Part shown: in pieces, positions 1 to 10,297 of the stretch
How positions within the stretch are numbered: position 1 is the stretch's first letter
How the letters are laid out: every line of letters starts with the position of its first letter
NCBI GenBank assembly: GCA_000934665.2
Contig: JYFJ02004138.1
Coordinates: 1-34,526 of the forward strand
Reading direction: 5' to 3'
DNA: 34,526 bases
Source: Catajapyx aquilonaris
Taxonomy: Eukaryota
Program-made: the position numbers and the translations under genes
The notes under the pieces: model-generated
What the model saw: the letters and a program-made list of their open reading frames with translations, nothing else
What the model was told of the DNA's origin: nothing
Database searches by the model: none

Positions 1-3000
1 GCACTGTTGGAAAGAAGAGGCTTGCATTACACTTCAGACAAAATAAAATACCCACGATAAGATGTTGCATTTTTCAGGAATGTCAAAGTCTGAAAGAGCT
101 AGTGTTGCTTACAAGCAGCGGTAATTTCACATGATGCTCTAGGAGAAGCCATTCCATTCTTCGATATGGCAGCAATCCTCACAGTGTAGTCTACACATGC
201 GTCAAGCCCACTGATGGATGTTTCAGTTGCTGTGACGTTTTTTGTGGAAATTACCTGTTCATCTTGTAGCACCTCTACTAGATACTGAGCCACACAATTT
301 GGAGCGACCTTTGGAAGATTCCAGGTCAGGTCAGCTGATCCGCTTGTGATATTTGTCGCACTGGGTTCTTGAGGAGCACTGGGCACTATTGGAAAGACGA
401 AGCTGCATTATATTCCAGGCCAAATGCTTTGAATATTAGGGGGTTAGGGGGCACGATAGTGCCCCCGCCTAGTTCTCGCCGCACTGCCGGACCACCTTTA
501 CCCGACACAACTCACGTCATTTTGACCCCCTCGAATCTTCGCACTGGTGAACATACGTGGCTTCAAAAATTTTATTTGGGTAGATGAAAATCGATGAAAA
601 ATTATACCTCCTTACTTCCATGTTCATATCTCTTTTCATTTCCGACTTTAAAAATCCTAAAAACTCCCGAAACGACCAAAATATGACACTCACTGACTCA
701 CTCACTGACTCACTGATCATCAAAATTATACAGAACTTCCAGTGGTCTTAGGATGCTGAAATTTGGTATGCTGGTAGAGATTGTCAAACAAACATCAGAA
801 TAAATATGAAAACGGCACTTTTTGGGGTCTAAATGCTCAAAAAAAAAAAAAAAACGCGAAGTCTGCTGCTGCTTACCAGATGCGGCATTTTTACCACGGA
901 TTAGGCCTACTTTTTACTTTGAAATTCCAGTTATGCTGGTGCTCCTCCTGCCTTCCCCACGTTCGTCTGATCTCCTCACCCCTCCCTTCCCTCCCTCCTC
1001 CCATACCGCTANGGGGGGGGGGGGGAAGTGCTACCAATTTCATCTAATACACACCCATTCAAATCTCCCATATTCACCTAAGCTCGTGTGACCTTGAACC
1101 CGAAAAATTGCGCCTGCGGCGGACCTCCCCCCCCCCCCGAACTGGAGTCCTGGCTACGTCACTGCCGCTAGCTATCTGACTGAAGCTGCGATTGCATTTT
1201 ATACAAATACAAATATTTCATACAAATACAACTACAAATACCTAAATACCTAAAATACAAAATAATACAAATACAATATTCGAGGTCATCAACAGCCTAT
1301 GTGTACAGGGAACAATTCCCAATTTGTGTGGAGTATGCCACTACCATACAGAGGACAGAGCCAAGGCCTGAGTCTTACTAATGCACTCATCGATATGGGT
1401 TCCTCTGTCTTCTCGTGCGGTCAAGCCTACGTGGCTCTTTTCAGAGTTAAAGTATCAATGGAGTGCATCTCATCAATGCCTCCTTTACTAACATCAAGGC
1501 TCAAGAGTCAGCTATTCTGGAGTACGATAGATTGAGATCTATTTACCGACCAGCCTTATCCATACTCAAAAGGGCTAATAAGGCATCGACAGAAGTGGTT
1601 AAGGATCGCGAATGGGCTATGCGATCAGGTGTAGCAGATGTCCAATTCGCACAACCAGAACAGAAAAAAAGGAAGCGTAATATGAGAAAGCAGAAGAAAA
1701 TCATGCCTATTCAGAGGAAAAGATAGTTTTACATACTTTCGTATATAGCCTACACAGTTTACTCTAATAAGAGTCTAAGTTATTAATTACCTTATTTGGA
1801 ATATTTAACGGACCATTGCTTCCACGCCCAACCCCGAGCTATCTTATAATATTATCCTACACTCCTGCCTACAAAAAGAGGTGAGATCCCACCAAAAACC
1901 TTTCTGTAAAAAAAGGCCAAGTTCTCCTGACTGATTGGCCGTAAAAAGTGGTGAGATCTGAAATACGGCCAAGTTCAACGTCGTTGTCAATTACTGGCCT
2001 TCTCAACTTCTTCAACCTAAACCACTAACTTTGTTTTTCCAGGTCGACCTTAAGTTTAATCATCAAAACATTTTACTGGTATTCTTGCTGTAACTTGGCC
2101 ATTGCTCATGTCCGAGGTATTGTTGAATTCTACAACTCTTTCAATGTTTTAAGAGCAATGGCCAAGTTACCGCAAGAGAAATTCCATTAATTTTTTTTTG
2201 ATGATTAAACTTAAGGTCGACCTGGAAGAACAAAGGTAGTGGTTTAGGTTGAAGAAGTTGATAATGCCAGTAATTGACAATGACGTTGAACTTGGCCCTA
2301 TTTCAGATCTCAACACTTTTTTACGGCCAAGCAGTCAGGAGAACTTGGCCTTTTTAACAGAAAGGTTTTTGGTGGGATTTTATTTTTCAAGGATTGCAAA
2401 GTCTGAAAATACTCGTGTTACTTACGAAGAAAGGCAGTGGTGAATTCACATGATGCTCTAGGAGAAGCCATTCCATTCTTCGATATGGCAGCAATCCTCA
2501 CACTGTAGTCTACACATGCGTCAAGCCCGCTGATGGACGCTTCAGTTTCTGTGACGTTCTGAGAGGAAATTACCTGATCATCTTGTAGCACCTCTACTTG
2601 ATAGTAAGCCACACAATTTGGAGCGACATTTGGAAGATTCCAGGTCAGGTCAGCTGATCCGCTTGTGATATTTGTCGCACTTGGTTCTTGAGGAGCACTG
2701 GGTACTATTGGAAAGACGAAGCTGCATTACATTCCAGACCATGTTGTGAATCCAGCATCTGAAGTAAGGCTAAGTTATAGTGTTTGATATACTTACTAGC
2801 AGTCAAAGTAGTTACACTCTCTTTAGTGAAGGTGTCACCTAGAAACGTATCATTTCCCAGGAGCTTGACCTCTGCGCTGAAATTATAACTTGTGCAAGCG
2901 TGTAATTTGTGACAAAACTGGGTTGCACAACTTGCGGTAAAAGGTGACGTGAATTGACACAAGTCTCTAAAATTCGCGATTGTGCACGATGTTCCATCGC

Positions 3001-4791
3001 TCGAGTTCAATCTAACGGAATCTATTAAATCGGTGCACTGGTAAAATCTCCAGTCCAGGGAGATGTTGTAAGGGCTGACAGCTTCTCCTTTGAAATCACC
3101 AATTATCGCAGCAGATGCTGTGGATAGCAATGTGTTATGAATGTGAAATAATTCACTGCTATTTTTATCTGCTTACCGACACTGGTGGTGTAATTGGCGT
3201 ATGTGTAGGGTCCATAATGTCCTCCTAATTTGAAAGCTCTAACTCGAATATTGTAAGCAGCGCATGGGTACACATTTACCGCGAATTCAGTGTTGCTTGA
3301 ATAGGTCCATAATTTCGGCCAATCCGGGCTACTCCTTGGCTTTGTTTGAACTTGATAGCCATGAATGCAAGAGGTGTTTTCAGTTGGTTCAGACCACTTC
3401 AGAAGCAATCTGTCTCCTTGCTGCTCTTCGAATTCAATTGGTCCTGGTGGACCAGGAGCTGTCAAAAAAAACCAACATTAATGCACTGCATTATTATCTC
3501 ATTATTATCATCGGTGCTCAGCAGTCATTAGTTGACGTTACAACAAGACTACAAACAGGTCTTACGTCCTCTGGGCATAAGAGATTCTCCTGTGCTCATG
3601 GCACCCAACCGACCATCTGAAGTCACCGACCAAACTTTGACCTCGATCTCGCTACATTCATCCTGGAAGTCATTCAGAGTGACACTTGTGCTCTTAGTGT
3701 TTATCGTTGTTCGATTACTGTCAAATATTGATCCATAGGAAATCTGGTATTGTTCAATGCAGGATGAGTAGTTGGCCGGTTTCTTCCATGATACGATCAG
3801 GGTGTAATCTTTCATAGGTGTCAGTTGCAAGTCTTCAGGTTCGCTGGATGCTAAATTGGAAAAGAAAATATTGATTACATTATCATGTTTCCTTTAAATT
3901 GTTACAAATTAGTGTTCGAATCCTCACTCGTAGATGCATTCGCCACTTCAAAGTCAGGTTGGAATGCCTCATGACCTTGAAGTTCGACTTCTGCTGTGAA
4001 ATGAACACTTTCGCAGGGATGAAATTCATGGCAATAGACCATTTGGCAGTAGGTCGTCGAGTTATGATTTTCGCAAACTTCGTTTACATTGTGAACTGTG
4101 CAATTGTTTCCATCGCTTGAATTGAATCGAAGAACCGCAATGTTTTTCTGGCACTGTGTGAGTGTCCAGGATAGAGAGATGTGGTAGGGACCAATCGCCT
4201 CAGCTGTGAAGTTCTCAATAATAGCGCCACTTTCTGTTGAAAAACAAGTACGAAACATTGTAGCAACTGCAGGATTAATGCCCGATTGCACCAACGAAAT
4301 TACCGATTCGATAACTCCTAACAGATCGTTAGCACACGTTAAAAGGGCTCCTAACAATCCATTACGAGCTATCGGATCAGAAATTTCGGTTGGTGCAATC
4401 GGTCATACGTTATACTGCAGCTGTAAAACATCTTGGATCTACCTTGACTGATGATTGGAGTCATGTTCACATCTGCGTCGTTCTCATCTTCGCAAGCACT
4501 TCTCGATGCCTTCTGAATAAAACAAGTAATTACATAATTATGTAGCTCCAAATACATTATCCCACCGTTACGGAAAGTTTAAAAATTAACAGACTGCCAT
4601 TTAAATATTTGTTTGAAATTAACGTATGGCAGAGAAAGCTGTCTTTAGTTGATGACGAACTATTCGGATCCCGAATTTAGTCTGAAATAAACAAAGTTAA
4701 TTTGATAGCACAACCTTACCTCAGCAGCATGTCCACTTGAATTAAACGACAAGAGAAGGAAGAGCAGAACAGCTATCGATCCACCTTCCAT
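1..4791 (-). CDS. FN3-D: multi-FN3-like extracellular protein; 3' part lies outside the window
   Basis: Exons: 4791-4720 (signal MEGGSIAVLLFLLLSFNSSGHAAE, Kozak gccATGG), 4512-4443 (KASRSACEDEND...), 4233-3928, 3850-3566, 3458-3177, 3117-2797, 2704-2426, 385-113. A further acceptor (ttccaacag|TGC) starts a next exon at position 3. Domain exons are phase 1-1. Confidence 0.83.
1012..1164. mobile_element. Small nested TIR element (hAT-like end); left end lost at the N
   Basis: Right end CCTGGCTACGTCACTG (reverse complement CAGTGACGTAGCCAGG) is followed by CCGCTA. The same CCGCTA sits just before the N at 1012, consistent with a target-site duplication. Confidence 0.45.
1280..1726 (+). pseudogene. 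Frameshifted PIF1-family (SF1B) helicase C-terminal fragment of a Helitron Rep/Hel protein
   Basis: Across frameshifts it reads AYVYREQFPICVEYATTIQ / SQGLSLTNALIDMGSSVFSCGQAYVALFRVK / GVHLIN, matching PIF1 motifs QFPL..AYA.TIHKSQG.SL and GQ.YVALSRV. Confidence 0.85.
1888..2376. repeat. ~490-bp imperfect palindrome (arms ~220 bp)
   Basis: CCCACCAAAAACCTTTCTGT...AACTTGGCCATTGCTC (1888-2108) is the reverse complement of 2153-2376, with a ~45-nt loop; AT dinucleotide on both flanks. Confidence 0.9.
4279..4405. mobile_element. Old palindromic Tourist/Harbinger-like MITE in FN3-D intron 2
   Basis: Inverted termini TGCCCGATTGCACCAAC and GTTGGTGCAATCGGTCA, with degenerate palindromy throughout. The termini resemble those of the 20788 MITE. 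Confidence 0.7.
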
Positions 4792-4826
4792 GGCAACTCC
4801 TTATTGGTACTGCAGAGAGTTTACAC

Positions 4827-5269
4827 CATAATCATAGTTTCCACTATAGAGCCATATGCCGTATCTCCACCACTCCAATACCCGTACTTGTCAAGATACT
4901 GCAGACACTTCGACGCAGGTCAGTCAAGTATACATGTTTGGACCCCTACTGTTTGCGTGCGATAAGAATTTCCTAATGAACTCATAATCCAGCTAATGTT
5001 GTGGCTCACTAAGCATATACGACATGTGAAGGTTAATATGTAATGATATTCTGTAATTTTGTAATTATAATTAGTATTGGTATACATCGAGCTCTTCTGT
5101 GTACATACATAAGCCCTGATATGCGCCTCTCATGTCTGAGGTCAAATTATTACCCAAGGTTAATATCATAATCCCAGTTTCCACTAGAGCCATAGGCCGT
5201 ATCTCCACCACTCCAATGCCTGTTCAAGATACCGTAAACACTTCGACGCCGCAGGTCAGTCAAGTATAC
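4827..5269. repeat. ~105-bp direct repeat pair upstream of the FN3-D ATG (4827-4933 and 5167-5269)
   Basis: Both copies share AGTTTCCACTA..GAGCCATA.GCCGTATCTCCACCACTCCAAT...CACTTCGACG..CAGGTCAGTCAAGTATAC. Confidence 0.85.
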
Positions 5270-5566
5270 CTTCCAAAAGGCATCTGCTATGCCGATGTCA
5301 TCGCCTGATGCAATAATACGTATAAGGCACTGATAAGCCTATATGCCATATAAGATCCGTTAGAGTCGTAAGCAACGTCAGCAACACATAATCGCAATCC
5401 AATATTAAAAGATACTATTCAGCATATTGCAGATTACAAATTAGCTGGAATGCCGGGGATCAGAGAGGTCGTCAAACTACCTCCAAGGTTAATATTCCGC
5501 GATATTTATCAACACGTCCTTTCCTTTCGCAAGTAACTTGATATTGTAGCAAACTCATACTTGATT

Positions 5567-5909
5567 TTTTTTTACATTACCCCGTGCTAGGGCCATGGGC
5601 CCTTATAGGGGGGTGGATTACCACCATTTTCCTTCAATTTTCTTATTATTTTCTTCTAACACCGGTGCAAGGATGAAAGGACGAGATGTGAGGATAGGGA
5701 TTTTCGGGGAGGGAACATGGGTGCAAGTGCACGTCTGAAAACGGGTCATGTGCTGTTCCCCAGGAGGTTAGGTTGCCAGACACCTCCAAGGTGCAGGTCA
5801 GAGACCCTCCTGACGCAGGTGAAAGGAAAGTTCCCCATGCGGGGATCGAACCTGGGGCCTTTCACACAGCAAGCCGAGACGTTACCATCACGGCCACCAC
5901 ACCTCCCCC
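5567..5909 (-). mobile_element. Full-length tRNA-derived SINE with 18-bp TSD
   Basis: Minus-strand head has an A box (TGGCCGTGATGG) and a B box (GGTTCGATCCC); A-rich tail at ~5567-5573. Perfect direct repeat GCAAACTCATACTTGATT at 5549-5566 and 5910-5927. A second copy is at 33579-33865. Confidence 0.9.
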
Positions 5910-6461
5910 GCAAACTCATACTTGATTAAATTTGTCAAATTCAGATAATACCTAACGCCCATGTTTTGTCGGCCCCTTAGAGCTAAAGCAAGGGCCAAAG
6001 TCTATTCCAATATCTATCGCAAAATGTACTGCAATTGATAGTATAACTAAACTTATAGTTATATCAACTCCAGTTAAGGACAACAATATGATTACGTATT
6101 TGTGAATACTTGCGTATAATCGGAGATTTTTATAGTTTGCTATTTAGATAAACCTATCTGGCATTGGCATAAAATTTACAGACTGTTTCAGCAACTTACC
6201 GGACCATCAGTATATGCTTAGTCAGCCAGTTTGTAATCAACCTCATATGTTATTGTCGCTTGACTGCCAGTTAAACATATTCGTGGAACGTGACATCAGA
6301 CAGCATTTTTATTTGCATTAATTTAATATACTCATCTTGCTACAGTATTTACAATGGATATCTTCAAGTGTGTGTCTCCGATGTAGTTATTTTCGCACTT
6401 TTACAGTTTGAAACTGTCACTTCACTGATACAGTCACTTCTTTAATAATGAAACAATTCAA

Positions 6462-9400
6462 TCAAAGTGTCCTCCTGTAATAAATGACGGCTGGCACGAA
6501 TAATAACACGAGCAGCACAGGCGGTTTGAAACCAGACACAGCAGAGCCACCTATTTAAAAGGAGAAAGAAAACCAAGTCTGAGTGCTTGAAAATGTTGCT
6601 GGGGTAAACAATCCTCAGTTGTTGTTTTTTTTGTTCCTGTTTTGTGATTCGGGAAGTGAATAATTCACCTGAGTCTGGATGGATGTAAAACTTGACAGGG
6701 GGCGAAGTACCTCCTTTGTTGACCGCAAAAGCTTGGCAGTCATATCTGACCTCGGACTGGACTAGGTCAGCTTCGATCCAGCAGTCTGACCTCTGACCCG
6801 GTGGCATGTCAGCGGTGCAATTGACAGTGAAATTCCCTCCTTTAAGAGACATGCAGTTGATTTCGAGGCTTGGATCTCCGCATAAACTTCCCTGGTTGAT
6901 CACATCTGGTTGGATCCAAGTGGCGTCCAATCCATAGTCCGTCGAGTTTACCACTTTGATGCCACTAGGTATTTTGGGTGGTGCTTTACGGTAAAACAAG
7001 GGAGAGGAAACAGTATATAGATTTTCATGCCATTTCTTCGATTTACTCACCCAGCTTTTTTGTGTAAAACCCGTGTGGTTTGGAGGTTCTCGACTGGTTG
7101 TTCCTGGTGACTGATGCAATGGTGAACTTGTATCCTGCACAAGCCATAAGACCGTCCACTTTGCAAGTTAGTTGGTCAGGTGGAACTCGGTAGGTCCGTC
7201 CTATGGTGTTGTATATGACAACTAGGTAGTGATCAACACACTGGGGATTTGAGTCAGTCTCTAACCATCTTAAGGTCACAGAATTTGGCCCTATTTCCTT
7301 TTCGTGTGGGATGACAGGAGAGCCCGGAACTGCAGAAAAAGTTACAGTACTCCTCATTAAATTAATTACTGCATGATTGTGGTGCACGGCCTGAATCTAA
7401 ATTCAGTGCAAACTAACCTACTTCACGGGTGGTGATATCCAACGTGGATTCTTGACCTAGTGACCCACTGGGTGTCACAGCTGCCACTGAAATGCGGTAT
7501 GTAATGCATGGTGTCAGGTTATCGAATGTCCTTTTTCTTTCCTGGCCCTTATCTACATGCCCTGAGTTATAAAGTTCTCCCCCTGTGAACATCGTAACTT
7601 TATATGCAGTGACACAGGTCCAGGCCGTTTTAGGAGCATCCCAAGTCACTGTGATCGAGCTGCTGGTGACCAGAGATGCTTCGAAATTTTGAGGTGGACT
7701 AGGAGCTGAAACATGAATCATCAGCAAATGCCTATTTAATTAACATATCACATTTACCTTCTTCAAGAGTCATGGTCTCGCTTGTTGCAGAACCATTATG
7801 AGAATCTTTGTAGACTGACAGAACTTCAAAACCGTAGTTTGTGCAGGGTTCCAATCCGCTAAAGGTGACGTACCCATTGTCTTCAAGTGGATCGTACGTT
7901 TCTACCTCACTTTCAAATTCATTTTTTTGATGGCACGAGTAATACATGCGATCAAAATTTTCTGTGCATACTGGAAGATCAGCGTAGACCGTCGCTTCTC
8001 TCTGCCCTGGGCTTATTCGAAGGCCTCTAGGGTTGAAATCGGAAGCTGCAAAGCAAGAGAGAATGTGACACTTCACATTCAGAGTCATCTAACCGAGCTA
8101 ATGACTGGACTGGTCCAAAACAATTTTTAATTTTGTAAGCGGGAGAATATTGTCTAGACACTGACAGGTATGACGATCTAAACAAGCACAGAATTGTTAC
8201 CTGCAGTGGTAACGTTGTTTGTGTTAAGTTTAGACGAACTTCCAGACAATCCATCAGGAGTTTGAGCCCACACTTCGATCTCATACCACTGACAGGGAGT
8301 TAGTTCTGTCAGATTTAGGCTTGTTTGTGACACGGGAATAGTTTTGTTGATGTTTCCACCGTGGTATGAGACGTAATAAGTGTGTACACATTCCGGGTAT
8401 GTTGCAGGCTTCGTCCATGACACATGTAATGTATGAGGAGCCAGGGATTGCACCTGCAGATTGGTCGGAGAGCTGGGGACTAAGTGAACACATTGCATTT
8501 AATAAACTGGAGATATCTTTTGTAGTTTGACAGCTTTTATGAGCTTACCTGTGTCAAATGTGTGGATAATTCCGGTCACGACTTCTGAACCCAGTGGTTT
8601 CACCATTGTCCACAACTGTACTGATGCAATGTACGTTTCGTTGGGCCGGAGGTCCTTGGAGAAATAGCGATAGCAAGTGTCGTTTTTGCAGAATGAGCTT
8701 AGAAGCTGCTCCTCACCCTCAGTGATATTTTTAAGCAGCGTGTACACCGTAAAGGTAGCTTTGTATGCATGTTTCATATCTGCGCATTTTCCCAGCGTCA
8801 TGTTGAAATACAAGTATATTCGGCCGCAGCTAGCACCACCTGCCCACAGCTGTTTAATAGCAACTGTTTCGCCTGAAATATTGTACCCAACACACATTTA
8901 GCTCTCAAATTAATGAAAGCATCACTAACTTGTCTGTCACAAACTTCAAGTCATGGCCAATAAGGTCAATACAATTTGATCCGAAATATTTATCCGAATG
9001 GTTGTTTGTTGGGTACTTATTTTGCAGCAGTACATTTTGCATAGTTACTTTGAATGGTTATCAAAATCAGTTCAGCCTAATATTGACAGCTAATAGCCTA
9101 CCATTTTAATAACCGAGCAAAGGAAACTGCTACAAAATAAGCAGCTTGGTGGGTGCCATATTAGTAGGGCAAATATTTTGGATCACTGAATATTACTTGG
9201 ACATTTTTCAGGCTGCACTTGTAGAGTGTCACTTGTGATAAATTTCTTGGAGTCATTATTCCCTGGGGCTGCTGATGCTGGGACCTAATTAATGTCAAAA
9301 TGTCAATAAAATTTTTTCATGTGGCATAGGTTTGCAATCTTATTTTTTCCATAAGATTATTATTATAATGTGAGGCACTCAAGCAGAAAAACCAACATTA

Positions 9401-9631
9401 AAAATGAGTTAAGGATATTTTCAAAATGCAGCTGTAGTCTCTAGTCAGCAATAATATTCCTAACTGAACGCGTTTTAGGTATGTGCTGCAGAAAATACAG
9501 CATATGTGCTGCATCCTATGTTTCACTGCACTCTGTACGTTACTTACCAGTGCTCGGCAGAGTGTGAATCCATTAAAAATTTGCAGCAGGACGAAAATAA
9601 TACTGGCATTTGCCACCTTGAATCGTTCCAT
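6462..9631 (-). CDS. FN3-C: cell-surface, probably GPI-anchored, protein with 6 FN3-like domains; 9 exons, ~677 aa
   Basis: Exons: 9631-9548 (signal MERFKVANASIIFVLLQIFNGFTLCRAL), 9284-9197 (VPASAAPGNND...PEKCP), 8872-8549, 8479-8201, 8045-7758, 7705-7418, 7329-7051, 6983-6669, 6550-6462 (GGSAVSGFKPPVLLVLLFVPAVIYYRRTL, TGA). The joined length is 2034 nt and stays in frame. Minus-strand AATAAA near 6308-6313. Confidence 0.85.
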
Positions 9632-10297
9632 ATCTTGAAGCAGGTGTGAATATTTGGCAGAAGTAGCCTACTTAAACCATCTAGGACTCCAGGTAGACGC
9701 ACGCACCTGCGGCAATCTGTCTAGGTCTCCATGTAAGTAGAGCTTATCTTTCAGTTATCTCCTGATAAAGTGTCAGTCCAAAAGTAGAAAATGAATGCTA
9801 TATCAAAAGAGTTCAAGGGCGACACCTTTATTCCCTGATTGTAGAAAGACTGAAATTATTACAGAAATGTAAGTATGGTACAAGTAATGTATGAGTGAGT
9901 CACCTTCACACTCTCGCAAGTGTATAAAAAGCTAAGTATAACCACGATTTGACGAGGAAGGCATCAGCAGCAAATGACCTGAAACATTCATTAGGGGCAT
10001 TATGTATTAGTACCTACAAGGTGCAAGATAGTTTTGTCTTCGGGCCGTGCATTAATAATATTGATAAGTATTCTAGAGGTCGTACTTCGTTGCAGTAACT
10101 TATCTCTCATAATCTTTCTCAATGATGCCGGTGATAAAAAATATCTGTAGTTCAAAAATAGTGATTCAATTTAATTAATGAAGGAAGTTCAAATATGTAC
10201 TTATTGCAACATACTATATTTTCAGGCTTGTCACTGCTTCAAGCTTCAAGCTGTACAACATTAGTTCTATCTTCTATTGCTTAAAAATATTAGTTCT

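Larger units (their letters stand above)
437..2378 (+). mobile_element. Helitron/Helentron-like deletion derivative inserted in an FN3-D intron
   Basis: 5' palindrome GGGGGCACgataGTGCCCCC (448-467), (TCAC/TGAC)n microsatellite near 686-716, degenerate PIF1-type helicase C-terminus at ~1280-1726, and a long terminal palindrome 1888-2376. Removing the element leaves an intron of ~100 nt, like its neighbours. Confidence 0.65.

Noticed and set aside
4234..4357. Hydrophobic N-terminal extension of ORF 3902..4357 as a signal peptide
   Set aside because: It reads through an intronic palindromic MITE. The real acceptor is at 4233 and a better signal exon lies at 4791-4720.
5820..5909. tRNA gene (also at 28915-28982)
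   Set aside because: Pol III boxes are present, but the 5820-5909 sequence is a SINE head with a TSD and neither site shows a convincing cloverleaf.
9100..9159. ATG at ~9159 (MAPTKLLIL) as the start of FN3-C
   Set aside because: It hits TAG after 9 codons. The exons at 9631-9548 and 9284-9197 give a consistent frame.
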